Source: Nitrospirota bacterium (GTDB taxonomy: Bacteria > Nitrospirota > UBA9217). From it: a stretch of DNA of 64,000 bases. Of the stretch, positions 9,011-21,145 are shown piece by piece (positions within the stretch are counted from its first letter, which is position 1; every line of letters begins with the position of its first letter). The stretch lies in contig CAWIYV010000010.1 in the NCBI GenBank assembly GCA_963840455.1, positions 128,001-192,000 of the forward strand, read 5' to 3'. A program made the translations under genes and the position numbers. The notes below the pieces were generated by a model. It was given only the letters and a program-made list of their open reading frames with translations. It was not told the origin of the DNA and did no database searches.

Positions 9011-9742
9011 TTAGTTCTTTTCCGGCGGTGAATCAGGTGCGTAGGTTGCCTGTATGAGCCGATACCAGACGCTGTCCACTTCCTCTCTCGTTCGCAGGAT
9101 GTACCCCTCGTTGCTGATCGTCGGGAAGAACTCATTGCCCCTCTCCCGCTCCTGAGCGGCAATAATCTTCATCATCTTGATCTGTTCATAGCAATCATCC
9201 ATAGTCAGCCCATGACCGCACCCCAGCAAATGATACCCCTCATGCACCGCTGTGCTCTCCGGATCGGCGAAGCTCAACAGCTGGTTGAGTGAACCCAACT
9301 CGACGACTGCGAAGCCCCGTGTAAATGTTTGTCCCTCAACAACGCCTAATACTTCGGGCATGATGATCCCCCAGAAAAAATCACCCGTATGTCTCCCTGC
9401 TAGACCGAAGATCCGGTCGCATGGAGGAACGAGAGGCATGTTCATGACGCCGACAAGCTGGGTACTGGACCAAAAGCCCGGCCTGTCCCACGGTGCGAGC
9501 CATGGGTACGTTACCTCTATGCCGTATAGTCGCAGCTCCTCTTGGAGTGCCGCCTTGATCTCATCCGTCCGCTCCTGGGAAATCTCCCGGTCCTTCAGGA
9601 GGCACACCCGCATTGTCGCTGGGGAGCCAAAATCGATCTCTCCCCTTTTCGCCGCGTCAGGAACACCGATGGTCGTACATCCCATGACCATTGCGGTGGT
9701 CGCGAGACAGAGCAAGCGGAGCATGACGGGGAACGTCTTCAT
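9011..9742 (-). CDS. lipoprotein with zinc-metallopeptidase motif
   Basis: Lipobox-like VMGC; HEGYHLLGCGH fits HExxHxxGxxH. Confidence 0.7.
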   Translation of the reverse strand: MKTFPVMLRLLCLATTAMVMGCTTIGVPDAAKRGEIDFGSPATMRVCLLKDREISQERTDEIKAALQEELRLYGIEVTYPWLAPWDRPGFWSSTQLVGVMNMPLVPPCDRIFGLAGRHTGDFFWGIIMPEVLGVVEGQTFTRGFAVVELGSLNQLLSFADPESTAVHEGYHLLGCGHGLTMDDCYEQIKMMKIIAAQERERGNEFFPTISNEGYILRTREEVDSVWYRLIQATYAPDSPPEKN

Positions 9743-9743
9743 A

Positions 9744-10964
9744 TCATTGCCCCCCAGGCCCATCGCTCACGATCTGACCGCGCAGCGCTGATACGGCAGA
9801 AGTGAGTTGACGATCGATCGAGATGTCGTCGTGTTCCCACAGCTTATGTGAATGGATCCTCCGGAAAACGGCCTCTTTCTCCAGGGCCGATAGTTCGATC
9901 GTCTCATGGGGTTGTATTCCACTGTTTTCGATCGGCTCTCCGGACGCCGTCTTAATATAATGCGTCCGTATGACGAGAAGCGATCCGTCCTTAAGCTGAA
10001 AACCCGCCCTCACTTCGCCGTTGCCTGCGGTCTTTTCCCCGATGAGAAGAGCGCGCTTCTGATCGCGCAGCGCAGCCGCGAACATTTCAGCACCTGATGA
10101 CGTAGTTTCGTTAATAAGGACTGCCAGGGGAAGATCGGGATAGTGCGTCCACCCGTCTGACGTAAAGGTGAGGTCCCGCTCCGGGGTCCGACCGCTCAGC
10201 CGGCCTATGTGGGTGCCCCGTTCAAGAAAGAGCTGGACGGTTTTGGCCGCGGAGTCAACATCGTAGCTGACGTCCCTCAGATCTATGATCAGTCCCCGCA
10301 TGTTCTCCCGCAGAAGGTGTTTCACTGCACTTTTCACTTCCTCAGGGGCTTGTGCATTGAATGATCTTATCCGGAGATAGCCGATGTTCTTTTCAATGAA
10401 CTGCTCGGCGACCGGGGGCTCCCAGTCGAGGACGCCCCGGGTTATCGTGAGCTCCCTCGTTTCGCCCCCCGCGCCTGCGATCGTTACGTCGACATTGGAT
10501 CCGGGAGCGCCTTGGAGGCCTGCAATGACCATCATCGCCGAGTGCCCGTTGACGGGTTCATTGTCTATTTTGATGATCCTGTCGCCCCGCTTCAGCCCCG
10601 CACGGCGCGCTGGCGAATCCTCGATGAGCGCCTCTATCCTTGTTTCGCCATTCTTCACTCTTATGGCAATTCCGATCCCTGCCCGGAATGGATTATTGAT
10701 CTGGACAACCCTTTTCCAGCTGAGCCATTCTGCTGACGGTCCAAGCTGCGCCAGAAGCGAACCGACCTCGGGCCGTTTGCCGACATCGAGGGTGACTCCT
10801 TTTCCTGCCGCGTCGATGCAGTTCTCCTCAATAATGCTCCGTGCTTGATCAAAGACTGCGGATAGCTGCTGGGGAGGATAGGTCCTAGGATATTTGGCCG
10901 CGCAGCCGGAGACTGCAAGGATGACAGCGCAGGCCGACAATAGGGGAAAAACAATCTTCAGCAT
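9744..10964 (-). CDS. S41-family peptidase lipoprotein with PDZ domain
   Basis: AVSGC lipobox, GIGI PDZ motif, IGYLRIRSF, LIIDLR, TSSGAEMFA. Confidence 0.85.
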   Translation of the reverse strand: MLKIVFPLLSACAVILAVSGCAAKYPRTYPPQQLSAVFDQARSIIEENCIDAAGKGVTLDVGKRPEVGSLLAQLGPSAEWLSWKRVVQINNPFRAGIGIAIRVKNGETRIEALIEDSPARRAGLKRGDRIIKIDNEPVNGHSAMMVIAGLQGAPGSNVDVTIAGAGGETRELTITRGVLDWEPPVAEQFIEKNIGYLRIRSFNAQAPEEVKSAVKHLLRENMRGLIIDLRDVSYDVDSAAKTVQLFLERGTHIGRLSGRTPERDLTFTSDGWTHYPDLPLAVLINETTSSGAEMFAAALRDQKRALLIGEKTAGNGEVRAGFQLKDGSLLVIRTHYIKTASGEPIENSGIQPHETIELSALEKEAVFRRIHSHKLWEHDDISIDRQLTSAVSALRGQIVSDGPGGQ

Positions 10965-11117
10965 TTTCTGGTCAGGGTTGAACCGGGTCAGACTTGATTC
11001 TGGAGTTATTGCTATTGAATACAATAAGCGCAACGTACAGGAAAGAACTGCCGCACTGCTTCTTCCGATGCTGTGAGAATATCGAAATTGGCTTGGCGAG
11101 TCAACGAAAGAATAAAA

Positions 11118-11150
11118 GGAAAGGCCGGAGATATCTCTCTCCGGCCTTTC
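11118..11150 (-). terminator. htpG terminator, related to the groEL terminator
   Basis: GAAAGGCCGGAGA-TATCTC-TCTCCGGCCTTTC. Confidence 0.7.
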
Positions 11151-11176
11151 AGTGATTCATCATTCGCGCTGATCAA

Positions 11177-13093
11177 TCACGCCGCATCCTTGCCCTTCAC
11201 ACCCCCCGTCATGAGTTTCGCCATGGACCGGGCAAAGGCCGCCGGGTCCTTGATCTTCGAACCCTCGAGCAGCAAGGATTGGTTGTACAGAAGATCGATG
11301 TATTCCTGCACCTGTTCCTCTGCCCCGCTCGTGAGCATGCTGTTCATGGTCTCGAACACCGGGTGACCTGGATTGATCTCCAGGATCCGCTTCTGGTCAG
11401 GGACATCCTGGCCCATGGACTTGAGCAACTTCTCCATCTGCGGGTCGAGCCCGCCCTCGTCCGCCACCAGGCAGCTTGCCGAGTCCGTGAGCCTGCCGGA
11501 CAATCGCACGTCCTTCACCTCGTCCTTGAGCCGCTCTTTGAACTTCGCAAGCAGCTTCTCGAACTTGCCCTTCTGCGCTTCCTTCTCCGAATCCGTCGTC
11601 TTATCCAGGCTCACATCGCCCTTAACCACGTTCTTGATCTTCTTGCCCTTATACTCTCCAAGGTCCAGCATGATCAGGTCGTCGATGTCGTCGGTCAGGC
11701 AGAGGACCTCATAGCCTTTCGTGCGGAAAGCCTCGAGGTAGGGCGACTGCAGGATGTTCTCGTCAGGCCTGCCGGTGATGTAGTAGATCGCGTCCTGGGC
11801 GATCGGCATGTCCCGAACATAGTCGGACAGGGTCGTGTACTTCCCTGCTTCGGTCTTGGTCGAAGAGAACAGCAGAAGATCGGCGATCTCTTCCTTCCTG
11901 CTGACATCGAAGTGGATGCCTTCCTTCAGCACCCTGCCAAACTCCTTGTGCAGCTTCTCGTAGGCAGATGCATCGTCCTTCTTCATCTCCGCGAGGGCGT
12001 CCAGCACCTTCTTGGTGATGCTCTTCCTGATCACCGCCATGTGCCGGTTGTTCTGCAGTATTTCGCGCGACACGTTCAGTGGCAGGTCGGACGAATCCAC
12101 CACGCCGCGCACGAAGCGCAGGTACTCGGGCATCAGCTCAGCACAGTGGTCCATGATCTGCACGCGCTTCACATAGAGCATCGGCCCGATCTTGAAGTCC
12201 CGGTACAGGATACCGTAGGGCGCATGCTGCGGGATGTAGAGCAGGGCCGTGAACTCCGACGTACCCTCTGCTCGGTAGTGGATCACCTTCGCAGGGTCGG
12301 TATAGTCGTGGGACACATGCTTGTAGAAGTCGTTGTACTCTTCCGGTTTGATCTCCGACGGGTCCTTGAGCCAGATCGCCTTGCGGGCGTTCAGGGTCTC
12401 TTCTTCGGTCGTCTTGATTCTCTTTTCCTTGTCAGCGGGGTCTTCCTTTTCCCGCGTCACGTCCATGACCACCGGATGCTCGATGTAGTCCGAGTATTTC
12501 TTAACAACGTCGCGGATCTCCCACTCTTCGAGATACTTCTTATCGTCGTCCCTGAGGTGCAGCACAACGTCAGTGCCCGGCTTCTCCCTCGTAGCGTCAT
12601 CGATGGTATAGGTCCCGTCAGCGGTCGATTCCCACTTGATCGCCTTGTTCGTCTTCTCCGTCGCCTTGCGCGAGATCACGGTCACCCGGTCTGCCACCAT
12701 GTAGGATGAATAGAACCCCACGCCGAACTGGCCGATGAGTCCCGGCTTGTCCTTCTGATTCGCGTCCTTGAGCGCCTGCATGAACTCCCTCGTGCCGGAG
12801 TGGGCGATGGTCCCGAGCTCGGCAACAGCCTCTTCCTTTGTCAGGCCGATGCCGTTGTCATTGATCGTGAGGGTGCCAGCTACCTTGTCCGGGACGATCT
12901 TGATCTTCCACTCCCCGCAGGCTTCCGTTATTTCCTTGTTCGTCAGGGACTCGTGGCGCGCCTTGTCGATGGCGTCCGAGGCGTTCGAGATCAGCTCGCG
13001 CAGGAATATCTCCTTGTGCGAATAGAGGGAGTGGATCATCAGGTTCAGCAGCTCTTTTACTTCGGTCTTGAACTCCATTTTCTCAACGGCCAT
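11177..13093 (-). CDS. htpG: molecular chaperone HtpG (Hsp90)
   Basis: YSHKEIFLRELISNASDA, IGQFGVGFYS, DLPLNVSREILQ. Confidence 0.97.
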   Translation of the reverse strand: MAVEKMEFKTEVKELLNLMIHSLYSHKEIFLRELISNASDAIDKARHESLTNKEITEACGEWKIKIVPDKVAGTLTINDNGIGLTKEEAVAELGTIAHSGTREFMQALKDANQKDKPGLIGQFGVGFYSSYMVADRVTVISRKATEKTNKAIKWESTADGTYTIDDATREKPGTDVVLHLRDDDKKYLEEWEIRDVVKKYSDYIEHPVVMDVTREKEDPADKEKRIKTTEEETLNARKAIWLKDPSEIKPEEYNDFYKHVSHDYTDPAKVIHYRAEGTSEFTALLYIPQHAPYGILYRDFKIGPMLYVKRVQIMDHCAELMPEYLRFVRGVVDSSDLPLNVSREILQNNRHMAVIRKSITKKVLDALAEMKKDDASAYEKLHKEFGRVLKEGIHFDVSRKEEIADLLLFSSTKTEAGKYTTLSDYVRDMPIAQDAIYYITGRPDENILQSPYLEAFRTKGYEVLCLTDDIDDLIMLDLGEYKGKKIKNVVKGDVSLDKTTDSEKEAQKGKFEKLLAKFKERLKDEVKDVRLSGRLTDSASCLVADEGGLDPQMEKLLKSMGQDVPDQKRILEINPGHPVFETMNSMLTSGAEEQVQEYIDLLYNQSLLLEGSKIKDPAAFARSMAKLMTGGVKGKDAA

Positions 13094-13648
13094 GGTTCAC
13101 CTCGTGAAAAGAATAGAACATTCTCAATCGGGTCTTTGACACTGAAGAAGCAACGGTACCGAAATCGTTTCTCTGATAATGACGCAGAAAAAGAACAGGA
13201 TCTCTTTTTTGCACCTCTCCTTCGCGTCCTGAATGAAATTCTTGACCTTTCTAAGGCCACGTCCGCTCGCCCGCGCAAATTCGGCCTGTGGCCTCTGACA
13301 TGCGCGTTCGCCCCAAGGGGATGCTGCCTTTGGCCAAGACGGGTGCCCAAGAATTTCATAGGGCCGCTCCGGGGAAGTGCGGGGTTTGGGTAAAGACTTG
13401 GATATTTTCTTTTCGCTTTTCCAAAAGCCCCTGCATCCCGTGAACAGTACCGCGCACAAGCATGCGGAAGCATTTATGACCAGTGCTATCACAAGGCCAA
13501 GCAGACATGGCCGAGCTTGTCGTCCGGGCGAGGGGAAGTGCTGCTATGCTCGAACAGCTCTCTAGCTCCGACCGGCATTGCATGCCTGCGCGGACTGTGA
13601 GCCGGGGTGCAGAAAAAACTAGATTCTTTTGATAATGTATGTTGAGAG

Positions 13649-13680
13649 AAAAAGGCCGGAGAGATTGCTCTCTCCGGCCT
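13649..13680 (-). terminator. groEL intrinsic terminator
   Basis: AGGCCGGAGAG hairpin with T-run on the minus strand, about 30 bp after the stop. Confidence 0.75.
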
Positions 13681-13709
13681 CGATAATGATACGTTGCTTC
13701 GCGAATGGC

Positions 13710-15363
<1,654 letters not shown>

Positions 15364-15465
15364 ATTCATTTCCTCCTTAGGGAACTTTGTTTAAATAAAT
15401 GTCGCTTGCAGGCTTACAGGCGTGTTCGCTTGCCAGCTTGCTCGCTTGTCAGCGCTACTGCATTT

Positions 15466-15732
15466 CTATACCAGGATCCCGAGGACGTCCTCTTCCTTGA
15501 TGATCAGGTACTCCTTGTTGTCGATGTTGATCTTGGAGCCCGAATACCGGTCGAACAGGATCTTGTCGCCCACCTTCAGCGCCTTCACCTCATCGCCCGC
15601 GGCCTCCACCTTGCCGCTCTGCGGCTTTTCCTTGGCGCTGTCGGGGATGTACAGACCGCCCGCAGTCTTCTCCAGCTCCTCGGTGTAGCTCACGAACACC
15701 CGGTCCTTCAACGGCTTGAATTTAACACTCAT
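15466..15732 (-). CDS. groES: co-chaperonin GroES
   Basis: FKPLKDRV, TAGGLYIPDSAKEKPQ; directly upstream of groEL. Confidence 0.96.
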   Translation of the reverse strand: MSVKFKPLKDRVFVSYTEELEKTAGGLYIPDSAKEKPQSGKVEAAGDEVKALKVGDKILFDRYSGSKINIDNKEYLIIKEEDVLGILV

Positions 15733-15772
15733 ACGCTCAACTCCTTTCTGAAATAGTAATAAGGTCAGGTGA

Positions 15773-15799
15773 TTAGCACTCGTTTTTCGAGAGTGCTAA
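15773..15799. promoter_or_regulatory. CIRCE element (HrcA operator)
   Basis: Exact TTAGCACTC-N9-GAGTGCTAA upstream of groES. Confidence 0.95.
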
Positions 15800-15984
15800 T
15801 ATATTCCGTCGCGAGAAAAAAATCAAGAAAAAAATTATCAATCATGAAGGCTGACTGCTAAATTATAACATATGCGCTAACTATTTGTTATATAGATGTT
15901 TTATCAATCTAATTCCTTGCGAACAGCTAAATCTTGCAGAGTCGAGCGGGGATCTGGTCAAGCTTGTAAAGCAGTCCCATACGA

Positions 15985-16148
15985 AAATTTCAGTCGGGCG
16001 ACCGAGTCCGAGGGTGAAGCATTTCGGATGTCCGAGCTCGGAGAGCGAATTTCCGAAATGTACCGAGGACGACCGAGTACGGCGGTGAAAAATTTTCGTC
16101 GGGTGTCCTTCTTGGGGCACCTTTCTTGGGCACGCAAGATAGGTGACA
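15985..16148 (+). repeat. structured intergenic element (MITE-like or ncRNA)
   Basis: Nested inverted repeats ACGAAAATTT/AAATTTTCGT and CATTTCGGA/TCCGAAATG, plus CACCTTTCTTG...CAAGATAGGTG hairpin. Confidence 0.4.
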
Positions 16149-16178
16149 ATACACGCTATGCATGTACTCTGTGCCAAT

Positions 16179-16209
16179 AAAAAAAGGCAGGGCTCAAAGC
16201 CCTGCCTTT
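16179..16209 (-). terminator. ctpA terminator
   Basis: AAAGGCAGGGCT-TTG-AGCCCTGCCTTTTTTT on the minus strand. Confidence 0.8.
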
Positions 16210-16235
16210 CATGGTAATCGGTGTACCTGGTTCAG

Positions 16236-17627
16236 CTACTTCGCTTTTTCTTTCTCCTCCGCCACCGGCGCCGGCTTGGCCGGAAGGTTCTTGAAGATGT
16301 CCCCCGTTTTCAGGAGTTCCATGGCCCTCTGGAGCTGGATATCGTCCTTGTCGTCCTTGGGTACCGCCTCCATCACGAACTCGTCCTCGCTCTTTCCCTT
16401 GCTTTCCTTCGGCTTCGCCTCCGGCTCCTTGACCGTCTCGTTCTTCAAGTGGCGCTCAAGGTCCTTCTCGCGGACGATCATATGCGCCGACTCGCCGTCC
16501 TTCACTTCCTTGACCTTCGGGAGCTTCACCTCGATGTCCGGCGCAATGCCCACGTTCTGGATGGAGCGGCCGCTGGGCGTGTAATACTTCGCCGTGGTGA
16601 GACGCATGCCCGTGTTCCCGTCGAGGGGGAACACGGTCTGGACCGAGCCCTTGCCGAATGTCTGGGTCCCGATGATGACGGCGCGCTTCGAATCCTGCAG
16701 CGCGCCCGCCACGATCTCCGAGGCGCTGGCCGAGCCCGTGTTCACGAGCACTACCACCGGGTAGTCGCGGACCATCACGCCGCCTGTGGCGAGGAAGTCC
16801 TTCCGGTCGTCCTTCCTTCGGCCCTGGATGTATACCACCAGCTTGTCCTTGGGCAGGAACAAGCTGCTCACGTCCACCGAGGAGTCGAGGAGCCCGCCCG
16901 GGTTGTTCCGCATATCGAGCACCAGCCGCTTCATGCCCTTCTCCTCGAGCTTCTTCAGCGCCTTGTCCACGTCCTTGGCCGTCAGGCCCTGGAACTGGAT
17001 GATCTTCACGTACCCGATGTCTCCCTCGAGCATCCGGGACTTCACGCTCTGGACCTTGATGACGTCGCGGGTGATGGTAACGTCCTTCGGCTTGTCCCAG
17101 CCTTCGCGGAAGAGCAGCAGGGTCACCTGGGTGCCCTTAGGGCCGCGCATCCGGTCCACGGCGTCCTCGATGCTCATGTCCTTGGTCCACTCGTCGTTGA
17201 TCTTCAGGATCTTGTCGCCGGCCGCGATGCCGGCGCGGTCGGCCGGCGTGTCTTCGATGGGCGAGATGACCGTGAGCTGCTGGTTCTTGATGCCGATCTG
17301 GATGCCGACGCCCTGGAATTCGCCCTTGATGTCCATATTGATCTCCTTGAACGCCCGCTCGGACATGTAGGACGAGTGGGGGTCGAGGCTGGAGATCATG
17401 CCGCGGATGGCTCCCTGAATGAGGTCCTTGGTGTTGGGTTCCTCCACATAATTGCTCTTGATGAGCTCGAGTGCCCGCGTAAAGGCCCTGAGGTCGTCGT
17501 ACGTATCGGACTTGGCGTGGGCCGCCTGGTGTCCGACCACGAACCCGGTCGTGAACAGCGTGATCGTGCCGATGACCAGCAGGATCAGCAGCGTGACCAG
17601 GAATCGTTTCTTGTTGATCTTGATCAT
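16236..17627 (-). CDS. ctpA: carboxyl-terminal processing protease (S41A)
   Basis: LDPHSSY, PDZ, DMRNNPGG, SASASEIVAGALQD, TFGKGSVQ. Confidence 0.92.
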   Translation of the reverse strand: MIKINKKRFLVTLLILLVIGTITLFTTGFVVGHQAAHAKSDTYDDLRAFTRALELIKSNYVEEPNTKDLIQGAIRGMISSLDPHSSYMSERAFKEINMDIKGEFQGVGIQIGIKNQQLTVISPIEDTPADRAGIAAGDKILKINDEWTKDMSIEDAVDRMRGPKGTQVTLLLFREGWDKPKDVTITRDVIKVQSVKSRMLEGDIGYVKIIQFQGLTAKDVDKALKKLEEKGMKRLVLDMRNNPGGLLDSSVDVSSLFLPKDKLVVYIQGRRKDDRKDFLATGGVMVRDYPVVVLVNTGSASASEIVAGALQDSKRAVIIGTQTFGKGSVQTVFPLDGNTGMRLTTAKYYTPSGRSIQNVGIAPDIEVKLPKVKEVKDGESAHMIVREKDLERHLKNETVKEPEAKPKESKGKSEDEFVMEAVPKDDKDDIQLQRAMELLKTGDIFKNLPAKPAPVAEEKEKAK

Positions 17628-17694
17628 TTCGTTCTCCTCCGTGTACAGCTTCATTCTCATCTCCTTGTTCGGGAAATCGTTCTATAATACCACA

Positions 17695-17968
17695 TTGAAG
17701 CACCCTACAGCAAGCTGCAGGGTGGCTTCGATCCTCTCCTCAGGGTGGGTGTTTATCCTAATCGCTCGCTAGCCCCCTGCACTCGCCGTTCCACTCGTAA
17801 ACGCTGGGGGCAAGACCCCGAAACAAACAGCGGAGAATGCGCCCGCTCCTGGATTTAAGCTCCCTGAAGATTGCTGCATGGAGCTTCGATCCTCAAGGTA
17901 GTATGTTTTATTCTAATCGCTCGCTAACCCCGAAACAAACAGCAGGGAATGCGCTCGCTCCTGGATTC
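17695..17968 (+). mobile_element. palindromic repeat element, locus 3 (two tandem units)
   Basis: Units joined at CTGGATTTAAGCTCCC. Confidence 0.7.
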
Positions 17969-17970
17969 GT

Positions 17971-19146
17971 CTACCGTTTTGCCAGCCACAGGAGGGGGTC
18001 CTCCGCCTCGCCGTTCCGCCGGACCTCGAAATAGAGCTTGGTCCCCTTGAGGCTCCCTGTGTCCCCGGCAAGGCCGACCACCTGGCCCCGCGTAACACGG
18101 TCCCCTCCCCCGACCCTGAGCTGCGAAAGATGCCCATAGAGCGTATACAGCCCCTCGCCATGGTCGATGATGACGAGCCTGCCGTATCCCTTGTACCAGT
18201 CGGCGAAGACCACCTGGCCGTCATGCACTGCCCGCACCTCATCTCCCGTGCGCGCCTCGATGTCGATCCCGCGGCGGAAGATCGCGGTGCCGAACTGCGG
18301 ATGGCGCTGCGAGCCGAAGCGGGTCAGGACCGGCCCGTTCACCGGCCAGGGGAACCGGTTCCGGTCCGCCGACGCCGGAACAGTATCGTGGACAGGCGCC
18401 TTTTTCCTGGCGGTCTTCTTCTCCCGCTCCGCCAGGCGGATCATGGCCCAGAGGTTCGATGACGACTCCTCGAGGTCCCTCAAGGTCGCCTCGTAGACGG
18501 TCTTCTCCTGCTTCACCGAGCCGAGGATCTCTCCCTTCTTCCTGCGCTGGGACTCGAGGGAGACGCGCTTCTTCTCCACGGCCTCCCGCCGGGCGAGGAT
18601 CTCGCCCGCGCGGTCCCGCACCTCTCGCTCGCGGCTGGCCAGGCGCTCCAAGACTGCGCCGTACTCGCGGATCATCCGCTTGTCGCGCTCGGCAATGATC
18701 CCCAGGTAGCGCACCCGCCGGTAAGCCGACGTGAAGTTGTCCGACGAAAGGACCGCCAGCGCGTAGCCGCCGGTCCTGCTCATCTTGTAGAGCGCCCGGA
18801 GCCGCGCCGCGTAGAGCTGCTTAAGCCGCGCGAGCTCCTGATTGGTCGCCGTGTTGCTCTGTTCGATCTCCGCAAGCGCGGCCTCAGCCTCGCGGAGCTT
18901 CCTCCGCTGGTCCGCAAGCTGGGCGCTCCCGGCCTGGATCTCGCGGTCGATCTTCTCCAGCTCGGAAAGGATTGAACGCTCGCGTTTATCGACGTGCTGG
19001 AGCTTCTGCTTCTTCTCCTGCATCTCCTTCTTGATGCGCTGGAGTTCCTGATGCTTTTCCTGGCTGTCCTCGGCGCGCACGGCCCCCGCTATTGCCAGGA
19101 ACAGAGCGAGAAGGACCGGGACAGCTATGAGCGATCGTCGTGTCAT
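17971..19146 (-). CDS. envC: murein hydrolase activator EnvC (coiled coil plus degenerate M23 domain)
   Basis: WPVNG...GYGRLVIIDHG...LYFEVRRNG; follows ftsEX. Confidence 0.88.
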   Translation of the reverse strand: MTRRSLIAVPVLLALFLAIAGAVRAEDSQEKHQELQRIKKEMQEKKQKLQHVDKRERSILSELEKIDREIQAGSAQLADQRRKLREAEAALAEIEQSNTATNQELARLKQLYAARLRALYKMSRTGGYALAVLSSDNFTSAYRRVRYLGIIAERDKRMIREYGAVLERLASREREVRDRAGEILARREAVEKKRVSLESQRRKKGEILGSVKQEKTVYEATLRDLEESSSNLWAMIRLAEREKKTARKKAPVHDTVPASADRNRFPWPVNGPVLTRFGSQRHPQFGTAIFRRGIDIEARTGDEVRAVHDGQVVFADWYKGYGRLVIIDHGEGLYTLYGHLSQLRVGGGDRVTRGQVVGLAGDTGSLKGTKLYFEVRRNGEAEDPLLWLAKR

Positions 19147-19443
19147 GACCGGGGTGGAAAGAAGGCGCTATTCAACGCAGATGGACGCTGATAACGTATG
19201 ATATCTATGAAACAGCAAACCTTGTTTCACCGCAGAGATCGCTGAGCACACAGAGAAAATCCTGGGCTTACTGTTATTAATTTATACAACGATCCGCCTC
19301 TATCTGTTTTAACGATCTCATCCGCCTTGATCTGTGTCCAAAAAGAGTTAAGAACCTATCTGTATTCATCTGTGGTTATTTAAGGATTATGACGCTACCT
19401 CTGCGTCCTCTGCGTTGAAAGGGTCCTTATCGTTCCACCTCGC

Positions 19444-20331
19444 CTACTCCAGGAACTTGTTCACTGACACGAGGCCTCCCGCGAAACCGAGCGCCCCGCC
19501 GCCCCCGATCATGTATGTGATCACCGGGGTCGGCAGGAAGAGCAGCCCGCCGGGGCCCGACAGGAACAGCACGATCTCCCGGGGCAGGGCGTGGAACAGG
19601 CCCGCCAGGATGCCCACCGCAAGGGAGGTCCCGAGGACCGCCACCAGCATGCCCTCCACGAGGAAGGGACCCATGATGAACCATCGCGTCGCGCCGATCC
19701 ACTGCATCAGTTCGATCTCCTGACCGCGGGAGTAGAGCGCAAGCCGCACGGAGTTGGATATGATGAAGACAACGGTGACGCCCAGCAGGACCGCCAGGGT
19801 GATCCCGCCGTAGGTCACGAGCTTGAGCAGCCGGTCCAGCACCTCGACGCCCTGCCGGCCGTAGGAAACATCCTCAACGCCGTAAAGCTTCCCGATCTTC
19901 TTCGTCAGGGCCTCTATCTTGGCAGCGTCGGCGTACTTGGCGTCCACGGTGATCTCGTAGGAGTCGGGCAGGGGATTTTCACCCAGCCCCTCCATGAGTG
20001 CTTCCTGCCCCTTCAATTCCTTCTTGAGGAGCGCCAGCGCACCTTCCTTCGAGAGGAAGACCGCCTGCTTCACCCCGGGCTCCGCCTTGATCCGCGTGAG
20101 AAGGTAATCCTGCTCCTGCGGCGTCAGGCCGCCCTTCAGGAAGACCGAGACCTCGAGCCGCTCGCCCATGGCGCTGACGGCGGCCTGCAGGTTCAGGAAC
20201 ACGACGAGAAAGAACCCGACGATCAGCATGGCCATGCTGATCGTGCCCATGGCCAGCAGGTTCACCAGGCTGTTGGACCTCAGCCCGTGGTACGCCTCAA
20301 TGACATAATAGACCGGTCCGTAGCCTCTCAT
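19444..20331 (-). CDS. ftsX: cell division permease FtsX
   Basis: ENPLPDS, EIELMQWIGATRWFIMGPFLVEG, four TM segments. Confidence 0.93.
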   Translation of the reverse strand: MRGYGPVYYVIEAYHGLRSNSLVNLLAMGTISMAMLIVGFFLVVFLNLQAAVSAMGERLEVSVFLKGGLTPQEQDYLLTRIKAEPGVKQAVFLSKEGALALLKKELKGQEALMEGLGENPLPDSYEITVDAKYADAAKIEALTKKIGKLYGVEDVSYGRQGVEVLDRLLKLVTYGGITLAVLLGVTVVFIISNSVRLALYSRGQEIELMQWIGATRWFIMGPFLVEGMLVAVLGTSLAVGILAGLFHALPREIVLFLSGPGGLLFLPTPVITYMIGGGGALGFAGGLVSVNKFLE

Positions 20332-21035
20332 CGCATCGAAGGCTCCTGTTTGGGGGCGGTGGGGCTCATCACCGGATCCTTGGTGTCGCTCACGATCTTG
20401 CCGCGCTCCATGGCCACAATGCGGCGCTGCATCTTCTGCACCGTCTCCCAGTCGTGCGTCGCCACGAGCACCGTTGTCCCCTTCATGTTGATTTCCTTGA
20501 AGAGCCGGAACACCTCCTGGCCGGCCTGGGGATCCAGGTTGCCCGTGGGCTCGTCTGCCAGCAGGATCTGGGGCTCGTTCACCAGGGCGCGGGCGATGGC
20601 AACGCGCTGCTGCTCGCCGCCCGACAGCTTGAGCGGCGTCAGATGGTCCTTCTTGTCCATCCCCACCTTCTTGAGCGACAGGAGGGCCCGGCGCTCGATG
20701 TCGCCGTAGGGAGTCCCGATGACCTTGAGGGCCAACGCGATGTTCTGGAACACGGTCTTATGCGGGAGCAGCTTGTAGTCCTGGAACACGAATCCCATGT
20801 TGCGGCGGAGGTAGGGAATGCTGGAGGTGCTGAGCCGGAAGGTGTTCATGCCCTGGATGATGATCTGGCCTTCGTCGGCATGCTCGGCGCAGAAGAGGAT
20901 CTTGAGGAGCGTGGTCTTGCCCGCGCCGCTGGGGCCGGTGACGAACACGAACTCGCCCTTGTCCACGCTGACGGTGATCTCACGCAGGGCGGGGATGCCT
21001 TCGTAGTATTTGCTGACCCGGTAGAGATGGATCAT
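20328..21035 (-). CDS. ftsE: cell division ATP-binding protein FtsE
   Basis: GPSGAGKTT, VFQDYKLL, LSGGEQQRVAIARA; overlaps ftsX start. Confidence 0.95.
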   Translation of the reverse strand: MIHLYRVSKYYEGIPALREITVSVDKGEFVFVTGPSGAGKTTLLKILFCAEHADEGQIIIQGMNTFRLSTSSIPYLRRNMGFVFQDYKLLPHKTVFQNIALALKVIGTPYGDIERRALLSLKKVGMDKKDHLTPLKLSGGEQQRVAIARALVNEPQILLADEPTGNLDPQAGQEVFRLFKEINMKGTTVLVATHDWETVQKMQRRIVAMERGKIVSDTKDPVMSPTAPKQEPSMR

Positions 21036-21145
21036 AATGAAACAGTTTCGAATGCCGAATATCGAAATCCTAAATGATGTTCCGAATGATCCGTCCCCTT
21101 GGACCTATGATCATCTGGGTCAATTTCGGATCTCGCTATTCGTGC

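Noticed and set aside
13124-13583. ORFs between groEL and htpG
   Set aside because: Overlapping short frames without clear RBS or family motif; possibly a decayed gene but not supportable.
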